Of a DNA stretch of 64,000 bases, positions 24,258-34,460 are shown one piece after another. Each line of letters opens with the position of its first letter. Positions within the stretch are counted from its first letter, which is position 1. The notes beneath the pieces were generated by a model that ran no database searches, was not told the DNA's origin, and saw only the letters and a list, made by a program, of their open reading frames with translations. Made by a program: the position numbers and the translations under genes. The stretch is from an uncultured Actinomycetes bacterium (GTDB lineage: Bacteria > Actinomycetota > Thermoleophilia > RBG-16-64-13): the NCBI GenBank assembly GCA_963829545.1, contig CAWHIX010000012.1, forward strand, positions 20,915 through 84,914, given 5' to 3'.

Positions 24258-25278
24258 GACCACCGATCTGCCCGACGCCTCTTTCTCCGGCACGGCGACG
24301 CCTGCGGGAGCCGAACTGTTGCAGGACGACGAGATGCGGGAGGTGGCCCGGCGCGCGGGTCATATCGCCTCCAGCATCGGGTCGGTGATTCTGGGCAAGG
24401 AGGAAGTCATCAGGGCGTGCGTGGTCGCGCTCCTGGCCGGTGGTCACGTCATCGTGGAGGACTTCCCCGGCGTGGGCAAGACTCTGCTCGCCAAATCGCT
24501 GGCCCGTTCCATCGACTGCCGCTTCTCGCGCATCCAGTTCACCCCCGACCTGCTCCCCAGCGACGTGACCGGGGTGAGCGTCTTCAACCAGAAGAGCGGG
24601 GAGTTCGAGTTCCGTCCGGGTCCCATCTTCGCCAACGTGGTCCTCGGCGACGAGATCAACAGGTCGTCCCCCAAGACCCAGTCGAGTCTGCTGGAATGCA
24701 TGGAAGAGCGACAGGTTACGGTCGACAATGTGACGCATCCCCTGCAACCCCCGTTCATGGTCATAGCGACCCAGAACCCCATCGAGTACGAGGGGACCTA
24801 CCCGCTGCCCGAGGCGCAGTTGGACCGCTTCATGATGCGGCTGAGTCTCGGCTATCCCTCCGTGGAGGCGGAGGTGGCGATCATCCACGAGCAGACCTCG
24901 CACGATCCTCTGGCCGAACTGCGGCCCGTGCTCCATGCCTCCGAGGTGCTGTCCATGACCCGCGCGGTCACCAGGGTGCGCGTGGCCCCCGCGCTGCGCC
25001 GCTACGTCGTCGCTGTCGTGACCGCCACCCGCGCGGAGCGCGAGGTCTATCTGGGCGCGAGCCCGCGGGCCGGGATCGCGCTCGTGCGAGCCGCGAAAGC
25101 GCTCGCCCTGTTGAGGGGTCGCGACTTTGTGGTGCCCAAGGACATCAAGGACCTCGCGGTGCGTGTCCTCGCCCATCGCCTGGTGCTCTCTCCGGACGCG
25201 AAGGTACACGGGCGGACCGCCGAAGACGTGGTGACAAGAATCTTGGAAGTGGTGCCCGTCCCCCAAAGCGGGACCTAG
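24247..25278 (+). CDS. MoxR-family AAA+ ATPase
   Basis: Intact 343 aa: Walker A GVGKTLLAK, FSRIQFTPDLLPSDVTG, Walker B VVLGDEINRSSPKTQS. Confidence 0.85.
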   Translation: MPNRTTDLPDASFSGTATPAGAELLQDDEMREVARRAGHIASSIGSVILGKEEVIRACVVALLAGGHVIVEDFPGVGKTLLAKSLARSIDCRFSRIQFTPDLLPSDVTGVSVFNQKSGEFEFRPGPIFANVVLGDEINRSSPKTQSSLLECMEERQVTVDNVTHPLQPPFMVIATQNPIEYEGTYPLPEAQLDRFMMRLSLGYPSVEAEVAIIHEQTSHDPLAELRPVLHASEVLSMTRAVTRVRVAPALRRYVVAVVTATRAEREVYLGASPRAGIALVRAAKALALLRGRDFVVPKDIKDLAVRVLAHRLVLSPDAKVHGRTAEDVVTRILEVVPVPQSGT

Positions 25279-25279
25279 T

Positions 25280-26693
25280 ATGCCGCGACCCACGACACGG
25301 GGCCTTGCGCTGCTCGGGTTGGCCGGCGGTACCTACCTGGCCGGACGGGTGGTGGGAACCTGGGAGTTGTACCTGTTCGCGTTCGCCTTCGCCGCCGCCG
25401 TCTTCGTGTCCTGGCTGCTGGTCATCGCCTCGGGGAGGAGAATCCGCGTGACGCGCGTCCTTGCGCCCGACCGTCCCGTCGCCGGGGACGAACCTGAACT
25501 ACGGACGCTGGTGAGAAACAGCTCCTGGCTGCTGCCGGGACCCCAGCTGACGCTGATGACCCCGCTCGGTGGCCTGGGATCCGAGGACTCCGAATTGGAC
25601 ATCGAGAGCCTCGCCCCCCTTGAGCAGAAGATGATGAGTATCCCGGTGGGCAAGGTCAACCGGGGGGTCCATCACGTCCCGGCAGCGAGAGTGGCGGCCG
25701 AAGACCCGCTGGGGTTGGCGACGGCCGTCCGCCGTGTCAGCGAACCCTTGCGGGTCACCGTTCACCCCCGCATCGTCGCTCCTGGATTCTTGCGCTCTCT
25801 ATCCGCAGATAGGCCTCAGACACGACTGGAGCGGGCAGCAATCGTCGCCTTCGCCCGGCGCCTTTGAATTCAGAGGCGTCAGGCCTCATCAACCCGGTGA
25901 GCCGCTGAGTCATATCGACTGGAAGAGCACGGCGAAGACGGGGGTTCTGATGCTCCGCGAAACCGAGGAGCCGGCCGGCGCCGAGGTCACCGTGCTGCTG
26001 GACGGCACCGCCGGGCATGTGGTCGGCGAGCCTCCGGCCAGCAACTACGAGATGGCAGTGCGCGTGGCGGGCAGCGTCGCGGACTTCGCCTTGCGCGCCG
26101 GACGCAGTGTCGAACTCCTCTCCCACGAAAGGGAACTGCGGAAGGTGCGGCTACATGCGGATGGCAGCGGACGGGGCACGCTTCTGGAGACGCTCGCGGA
26201 AGTGCAACCCACCGCCGCGGCTCCGTTGGTGCACACGCTGCGCCGGCTGCAGGTGGAGCACGCCCGCCTCCTGAAGGCGCAGGGCGTCACCGTCATCAGC
26301 CTCTCGTTGGACCACCAACTGGTGCGGATGCTGGTCGGACTCCGTGAGGGCGGAGTGCGACTGTCACTCGTATATGTACTCGGTAGCTCGTTTGCCGAGG
26401 CGGCGGCTCCCGCCGCCGCCCCCCTCCTGCCCTTCCTGCCGCCCCGCCATCCGAGCGGCACCGCCAAGACGGGCGGGCACGGTCCGGAGAAGCGGCAGGA
26501 CAGCGGACCTCACGATCCCGAGCGCGTCTGGCGCGAGAGCGTTGGTCTGTCGATCCCCCCGGAGACGCGGGGGACCCTCCTGGCCCTGGCGTCTGCAGGA
26601 ATACCCTGCCTTACCGTCTCCAGAGGCGACAATCTGGTGCGGGCGCTCTCGCTCGGACGGGTCGACCGCAGGCGCGAAGCCAGGCGAGGCTGA
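25280..26693 (+). CDS. DUF58 (VWA-like) MoxR partner protein; one frameshift near 25735-25865
   Basis: N-terminal 2 TM helices; hallmark FEFRGVRPHQPGEPLSHIDWKSTAKTG in ORF 25734..26693. Confidence 0.7.
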
Positions 26694-26710
26694 AAGGCAG
26701 GTGACCGGCA

Positions 26711-28888
26711 TGAAGGTCTTACCAAAGATTCTCTATCTGCTGTGCTTCATCGGCCTGGCGGTGGCGGCCGCGCTGGCGCTGAACCGGTCGGTGCAGCCCT
26801 CCATGTCCGACATCCTCTTGCGGACCGTCATCGCCGCTTCGTTGGCCGGTGCTCCCGGGCTCATCCACAGAAAGGCCTGGCCGCCGCCCTGGTCCTACTG
26901 CCCATGGGGGCCTATCTCCTCATGCGCACTACTCTGCCCCTTCCCGACGTGGTGGAGGGACTCGGCGAGCAGTACGGTTTCTACGCCGAGTTGTTGCGCG
27001 AGGGCGGAGCCGCCTATCTCGACGACATCTTCCCTCTCAAGATCGGCGACGTGCCCGGGCTTCGTCTTCTGACGGCCGTCTCCGTGTACGTTGTGGTCGG
27101 GGCTGCTTCCTTCCTGGCTCTCAGTCTGCGCAGGGCGGTGCCTGCCCTGGTGTGCCTCATGGTGCTGTTGGGCTTCAGCCTCACCGTCGACGCCGCCTCC
27201 CGGGAGCTGTGGCTGGCCGTCCTCTTCATGATCCTGGCCGCCTGTCTCCTGGTGCTGTCGCGAGGGCTGGCCCGGTCGGGCTGGCGACTGCGCGACGCCG
27301 TAGCCGGGGGACTGGTCGGGGGCGTGGCTGCCCTGCTGGCCGTGCTCCTGCTCGGGGCGGCACCGTCGGCGGTGGCGGTCCCCTGGCAGGACTGGCGCAC
27401 CTGGGACCCGTTCCGGCAGGGTGGCTCCGTCTACACCTTCAATTGGATGCAGAACTACCCCCGGCTCCTCGATCCCGCCAATGACCAGCTGATCATGCGC
27501 GTGCAGTCGTCGTCCCCGTCGTACTGGCGGGCGAACGCGCTCGACGTCTTCACCGGGACGGCTTGGGTGACCTCGCAGGCCTTCCCAGCGCGGCCGCAGC
27601 CGGCGCAGGATGCCGATACCGGAGCCTGGGTCTACCGCTTGCCCACCGACGGTCCTGTGCCACCCGGCAAGACCGTGACCGAGACTTCCAGATCCAGTCC
27701 GTCTACACCAACTACATCTTTGCGGGTGGGGAGCCGATCGAGCTCCGCATCGATCAGCACATCGCGCTTCGGCTGAACGACATGCGCTCCCTCCACGTGA
27801 GCAGGTCGCTCGGGCCCACGCTGCGGCTACTCCCTCGACGCGGTCATCCCCGATCTCAAGCCAGAGGACATCATGGACAAGGGCAACGACTACCCCGAGA
27901 GCGTCTCCGCGCTACCTGTCGTTGCCCTTCCCGCGTGTCGGCGAGCTGGAGGGCCCCGACAAGGAGGCGGCCTGGCGTGAGCTCGCGCCGCTCGAGGCAG
28001 GACCGACAGGATGGGAGTGGGCCGACCTCTACTCCGCCAACCCGCAGATCGTCGGTGACGCCACCGATCCCTACGAGATAACCCTGCGCATCGAAAAGCA
28101 CCTGAGGGGCCAGTACGACTACTCGCTCGCTCCGCCCGCAAGCGACTATTCCTCTCCCTACGCCGCCTTCCTGTTCGACACCCAGTCGGGGTACTGCCAG
28201 CACTTCGCCGGGACCATGGCGCTGCTGCTGCGCTACAACGGCGTACCGGCGCGGGTTGCCGTGGGCTTCACCACCGGCGAGAAGGAGTCGGAGGGCGTAC
28301 TATCTGGTGAGCACGAGCAATGCCCATGCATGGGTGGAGGTCTATTTCCCGACCGTGGGCTGGGTGGCATTCGACCCCACACCGGGAGAAGCATCCCGGC
28401 TCCCGGGCCTTCGTCCAGCAGCCCGGGCTTCATCAACCCCTTCAACGAGAGTACCGGCGGCGCGAGCTCGCCGGTCACCACCGCGCCGCGCCCGGAGCGC
28501 AACATCGACCAGCCCGGAGGCCCCCGGGAGAGTGGGGCAGGGTCTGCCGCCTGGTACGGCCCCCATGGCTGCCCTGGTTAGCTGGGCCTGCTGGTGGTGG
28601 CCGCGCCTGGCCGGCGGCCCGTTGCCTGTGGAAGCACAGGGACCTGCGCCGGGGTCCGCTCGACAGCGGCTGGCGGCCTCCCTGCGGCTCCTGCAACAAG
28701 AACTCTCGGGGTATGGTCTGGCCGCCTCTCCGGCCGCCACCATCGAGGACATCCTGCGCTTCGTCGAGGTCGACCTGAAGATCCCCGTCGGAACGGAACT
28801 GATCGACAGGTTCCAGGCCGTCCTGTTCGGGGACAGCGAAGCCACAGCGGCCGACTTGGAGAGGGCCGAGGCGCTCGGCGCGACGTGA
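26711..28888 (+). CDS. Transglutaminase-like multi-TM membrane protein (third member of the MoxR-DUF58-TGase triad); at least 4 frameshifts
   Basis: TM-rich N-terminal half (ORFs 26344.., 26742..27776). Transglutaminase Cys-His-Asp core: GYCQHFAGTMALLLRYNGVPARVAVGF (27922..28581) and NAHAWVEVYFPTVGWVAFDPTPG (28256..28888). Confidence 0.65.
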
Positions 28889-29037
28889 GGCTCAGACTCA
28901 GGCGACGCTATGGATGGATGAGGACGGGACTCAACTGGTACGGGCTCTCGCACCGTGCATCTGTCCAGGGGACCGGCGCCTGACCCGCCGGAGGCCCGTT
29001 TTTCGCCTCCAGGCGCCGACTGATATACAATGACGCC

Positions 29038-29260
29038 ATGGATACGACCAAGAAGACCATCATGAAGGAAGTGCCCCAGTTCTCGTCGTCGCGCTGCAAG
29101 CGTTGTGGCATCTGTAGCCACTTTTGCCCCGTGGGGCCATCGACACCTGCGATGGCGGCATGCCCTACCTGGCCGACGCGGAGGCCTGCACCTCGTGCGG
29201 TCTGTGCTAGGGACATGTGCCCCGATTGGGCCGTGGCGCTCGAAACTGCGGCTGGCGAAG
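29038..29260 (+). CDS. 2x[4Fe-4S] ferredoxin (possibly fused to the downstream IscS); frameshifted
   Basis: CKRCGICSHFCP and CTSCGLCxDMCP motifs after realigning two frameshifts. No in-frame stop before the IscS start in the final frame. Confidence 0.5.
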
Positions 29261-29403
29261 TGCCGGAGGAGAAAGAGGCCGAGACAGCCGAGACAGCGGC
29301 CGAGCCCTCAGGCAACGGAGCAGGTTCGCCGGAGCCGTGCCAGCATCCGGCGATTGACCAACAACCGGCAAGCATGAGCGACCGAGCGCCTAAGGAAGGT
29401 CTG

Positions 29404-30602
29404 ATGGAAAAAGTGATCTACCTCGACCACGCTTCCACCACTCCGGCCGACCCCGAGGTGGTGGCGGCCATGCTCCCATGGCTCAGTGAGGAGTTCGGGA
29501 ACCCCTCCACCGTCTACAGCCTGGGACTCACCGCGGCACAGGCGGTCCAGCAAGCACGAGAGTCCATCGCCGACGCTCATCGGCGCCGAGCCCGAAGAGA
29601 TCTATTTCACCAGCGGCGGCACCGAGTCGGACAACTGGGCCGTACTGGGTACGGCGGAGGCTCAGCAGAAGAAGGGCCGCCACCTCATCACCTCCGCGGT
29701 ATCGAGCACCACGCGGTGCTCGAGAGCATGGAGTATCCTGGAGAAACGCGGCTACGAGGTCACCCGGGTACCCGTGGACGGAGGGGGTCTCGTCGATCCT
29801 GAAGAGGTGCGCCGGGCCATCCGCCCCGATACCATCCTTGGTCTCGATCATGCACGCCAACAACGAGGTGGGGACCATCCAGCCTATCGCCGAGATCGGC
29901 CGGGTGACCCGCGAGGCCGGAGTCCTTTTCCACATCGACGCCGTCCAGACGGCCGGCAAGCTTCCCCTCGACGTCAACGAGTTGGGGGTGGACATGCTCT
30001 CCATGAGCGCCCACAAGTTCTACGGCCCCAAGGGCGTGGGGCTGATGTACCTGCGCAAGCGCACCCGCATCACCCCCCTGCTTCACGGCGGAGGCCAGGA
30101 AAGGGGCCGACGGGCGGGCACCCACAACGTGCCCGGCATCGTGGGCATGGCGAAGGCACTCGAGACTCGCCGGCGCGCGCATGGCCGACGACGCGGTCCG
30201 CGAGGCCGGTCTGCGCGACCGACTGTGGGAGGGCCTGGAGGCCAACATCGAGGCGCATCTATCTCAACGGCGACCCCTGACGCCGTCTGGCCGGGCAACC
30301 TCAACGTGCGTCTCGACGGCATCGAGGGCGAGTCGATGATCCTCATGCTCGACATGGAAGGCATCTGCGTGTCGTCGGGTTCCGCCTGCACCACAGGGTC
30401 GTTGGAGCCGAGCCACGTGTTGTTGGCACTCGGCATCCCCGCCGAGCACGCGCACGGCTCGTCTGCGCGTCACGCTTGGGGCGCAGCACCACGGCCGACG
30501 ACATCGACCAGTTCATCAAGGGTGTTCCCGCCCATCGTCGCCAGACTGCGGGAGATGTCGCCCATCTGGTGCGCCAATTGCGTCTGCAAGCAAAGGAACT
30601 GA
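29404..30602 (+). CDS. Cysteine desulfurase IscS / NifS; at least 5 frameshifts
   Basis: AAGGAAGG ribosome-binding site. [14 protein letters not shown]..., [15 protein letters not shown] (pyridoxal-Lys), [18 protein letters not shown]-terminal [11 protein letters not shown], spread over ORFs 29038..29802, 29486..30280 and 29838..30602. Confidence 0.75.
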
Positions 30603-30604
30603 AC

Positions 30605-30979
30605 ATGTACTCCGAACTCGTGATGGAGCATTTCCGCAACCCGCGCAACATGGGCGTCATCGAGGATGCCGACGGCGTCGGCGAGGTCGGCAACCCCCAG
30701 TGCGGCGACATGATGCGCATCACCATCAAGGTGAAGGACGAGACGCTCGAGGACATCAAGTTCCAGACCCTGGGATGCGGAGCCGCCGTGGCCACTTCCA
30801 GCATGGTGACCGAGATGGCCAAGGGCAAGAAGCTCGACGAGGCCATGGAGATCACCAACAAGGCCGTGGCCGAGGCTCTGGGCGGCCTCCCCCCTGCCAA
30901 GATGCATTGCTCCAACCTGGCCGCCGATGGGCTGCAGGCGGCCATCGAGGACTACCGCAACCGGCGCGCAGCCGGCTGA
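30605..30979 (+). CDS. IscU / NifU-like Fe-S cluster scaffold
   Basis: Intact: MYSELVMEHFRNPRNMG...GNPQCGDMMRI...LGCGAAVATSS...KMHCSNLAADGL (three conserved Cys). ATG sits 2 nt after the IscS stop. Confidence 0.85.
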   Translation: MYSELVMEHFRNPRNMGVIEDADGVGEVGNPQCGDMMRITIKVKDETLEDIKFQTLGCGAAVATSSMVTEMAKGKKLDEAMEITNKAVAEALGGLPPAKMHCSNLAADGLQAAIEDYRNRRAAG

Positions 30980-31122
30980 TCCCGGGGCGCGCGCTGGGCC
31001 GGGCGGACCGCGCCGGCCGCGCGCGGCGCGCCTGCCACACCGCGGTGGCACGGCGCCGATCCCCATGCACGGTCGGCCTGCGTCACTCGCTCTGCGTCCC
31101 TGCCGAGACCTTCCGCATCCTG

Positions 31123-31834
31123 ATGGTCCTGGGCGTGACGGCCTTGGCCGTCACGCTGCTGGCGGTGACCCTGCTGTCGACGACCGGCTGCTCGTCGTCC
31201 TCACCCCCGCTCGCCCGCATGGGTGACCGACTTGTCGCCGACGCGGACCGTATCCGTCGATCTCGACGGCGACGGCGTCGGAGAGCAGGTGCGCCTGGCC
31301 GCCGAGAACGGCAGCCTCGTCCTCACCGACGGCCTCACCGTGTACCGAAGCCGTGACAAGTGGCGGGTGGTCGAGGCCTTCATCGCAGACGCCGACGGCA
31401 ACGGCCTCCCGGAGGTCACCGCCCTCCTCGAATCCTCGGACGGCCGCCACCTGGGCCTGTTCGCCTGCATGGGGGACGAGTACCGTGAGCGACTGGTGAC
31501 CAGTCCGCTCACGCCCCGGCCTCTCTCGCTCCATATCGTCCCCGTCGACGACGACCTCCCGGCAGACTCAGCGGGACAGCAGGCCACCCCGACGCCCGAC
31601 CTGGTCGTTCTCACCGAGGAGGTCTCGGCAGCAGGGGACGCAGTGGTAGAGACCACCTATCGCTGGAACGGTTTCGGCTTCACAGCGCGTGACACGATGA
31701 GCCGACCCTCTGTGACACTATCGTTACGTGGTCGTGGCGACCATGTGACATTGCCGGGCGACCATGGAATTTGGACGCATCTTGCGGCGCGACAGATCGG
31801 CCGGGACCGACAGGCGAGGGAGGGGCGACTATGA
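31123..31834 (+). CDS. Hypothetical lipoprotein with Asp-rich DxDGDG / DADGNG motifs; one frameshift near 31215
   Basis: Signal MVLGVTALAVTLLAVTLLSTTGCSSS, then the ORF 31223..31834 frame. Confidence 0.4.
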
Positions 31835-34097
31835 AGACGTGGCTTCACAGACGGCCGACGACACGCGGGGCTGCACCTGCGGGAGCGACCGACTCCTTAC
31901 GCGATGCTTCTCCTCCTGGCGGGCGTTCTCTCGATGCTGATATTGCTGTCGGCGACAGGATGCGGCCGAGATGAGCCCCTCTCCACCACGACCTCCCTGG
32001 CCGACGCCCCGTCCCCGACGAGCACCTCGGCGATGCCGGTCACCAGCACCACCGAGACCCCGGTGGACGACCCGACGAGCACCCCGACCGGTGGATACGC
32101 CCACGAGCCGGCCTACCTGGAGTCCCAGGCCGTCGACCTTTCCACGGTGGTCGGTCTCGACAAAGCCGGCCTGACCGATGCCCAGAAGAGCGTCTCTGGC
32201 CCGCCAGAGCTTCGTAGCCGTGGACGCCCCGCGCCGCCGAACGGCCCTGGCGGTTCTGGCAGGTGTACGAGAGCGCCCGCTACCAGGGCCTCCCGCTCTT
32301 GGTCACGACCGACTCCGTGCTCAACGCCTACCACGGGCTCTTCGATACCCTCTTGCAGCGCCTGGAAGAGGAGTCCCTCTTCGCCCAGGCTGTCGTGATG
32401 ACTGAGGCTCTGTACGACGCGGCCTCCGACCAGTGGAACAGCGCCGCGGATCCCGGCATCAAGGAGGAGGCGCGGCTCAACATGGCCTACTTCTCCGTGG
32501 CGGGCTCGCTGCTGGCAGGCGCCGCCTCGGGGCCTGAGGTGGTCCAGGAGGAGGTTGACGCAGAACTGGCCCTGATCGAAGCGGCCGGGGGACTACGGAA
32601 TCCCCCTTGCTCGGTTACACCGAGGACTACAGCCAGTACAAGCCTCGTGGCCACTACACCCGCAGCGAGAAGCTCGAGCGCTACTTCAAGGCCATGATGT
32701 GGTACGGTCACACGGGCTTCTTCATCAAACGCGCGCGAGCCCGGACCTCACCGAGGAAGAAGCGGCCAGCCTCACCCGGCGGGCCATCCTCATCGCCTCA
32801 TCACTGACCGGTCCGGCCAAGGAAGCCTGGATGGCTATCTACGAACCGACCAGCTTCCTGGTCGGCCGGGCCGACGACCTGACCGTCGACGACATGCAGC
32901 TGGTGCTCACCGAGGTCTTCGGCACGGCCCAGCCCGGAGCCCGGACGACCTTGCCGACGCCGGCAAGATCGCGACAGTGCGAGAAGCGCTCAACGCCTCC
33001 CGGCCCCCAAGATCCTCTCCGCCACAGTCCGGCCCGCCGGCGACACCGAGAACCGCGAGGAGAACGAGCGCAGTTTCCGGGTCATGGGACAGCGCTACAT
33101 CCCCGACTCGTACGCCTTCCAGCAACTGGTGTGGGCATACGTGGGCGAAGAACCCGACAAGCAAGCGCGACATCCCCATGGGCCTCGACGTCATGACCGT
33201 GCTGGGATCCGACCAAGCCTACGGCTCGAGAAGGAGGACTATCGCCCAGGACCGCTACAAGAACTGGGAGAGCCAGATCGAGAAGGTGAACGAGGAGTTC
33301 GCGGAGCGCGACTCCGATCTCTGGCCGGCCAATCTCTACACAGGGTGGCTCGAATCACTCCAGCACGTGATGGCTCTTCCCGACGAGCGCGCTCCCGACT
33401 TCATGAGATCTCGCGTCTGGGCCCGCAAGAGCCTGAACACAGCCTTGGGCAGCTGGACAGAACTGCGCCACGACACCATCCTCTATGCCAAGCAGTCCGT
33501 GGCCGCGGAAGGGGGTGGGGGTGAAGAGAAGCCCGGGTGCCCGGATACGTGGAGCCGTATCCGGCCTTCTACGCGAAGATCGGCGAGTCTGGCGACGACT
33601 CTGCGTCAGGGCCTCACCCAGTACGGCCTCGGTCGACCCGGAGATCGGCCGACAAGCTGGAGACGATGATCGGCCTGGCCGAGACCCTGCGGTCGATCGC
33701 CGAGAAGGAGCTGGCCGGCGAAGAACTGACCGAGGAGGAGCGCTACACGATCCAGGAGTACGGTCACTATCTGGAGACCCTGGGCCAGTTCACGGACAGT
33801 GAAGAGGGGCGGACGCTTTCCCCGGCCGCGGAGAAGAGCGCTGTTGGTGGCCGACGTACACACCAGCTACCATCTCGCAACAGGCGCTGGAGGAGGCGAC
33901 CGGCTATCCCCTGACCCTTTACGCGGCCTTCGAAGTGGGCGGGACGCTGCAGCTGTGCGCCGGAGCCTCTTACTCCTACTACGAGTTCACCGTGCCCCTT
34001 GCAGAGCGGCTCACCGACGAGGAGTGGATCGGCATGCTCGACTCAGGTCAGGCGCCCTCGCGGCCGGCCTGGACCGACGAGTGGATCGTGGAGCGAT
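31829..34097 (+). CDS. Large secreted lipoprotein (possibly DUF3160-like), about 750 aa; at least 6 frameshifts
   Basis: Lipobox LLSATGCG, Thr/Pro-rich linker, then a conserved-looking body in ORFs 32263.., 32607.., 32699.., 32977.., 33537.., ending ...PAWTDEWIVER* at 34097. Family assignment weak. Confidence 0.4.
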
Positions 34098-34460
34098 AGC
34101 TGGCCGCCGGGGGCGCAGCCGCGCCACCGGCTAGCTCAGCCCCGGGTGTCCCCCGGGCCAGTACGGTCGATCCGCCAGGTCCGAGATGCAGGTGGAACGA
34201 CACCGGGACCGCCTCCACAACGAGCAGATCCAGTAACGCGTCGCGGGCGGCCCCGACGATCGCCCTCTCGTCATACCCGAGTTCGGCGGCCGACGACGCT
34301 TCCCACCCCCACCACCGACCGGCACCACGTCTCGCCGGCATAGATGACGTCGAAGGTCACCGTGAACGCATCGGGGAAGCCTGCCTGCTCGACCGAGACC
34401 AGCTCGATGTCGGTGAAGAGCGTCACCGCGGCCCTCCCGCCTGCCGAGCAGGCCTTCACC

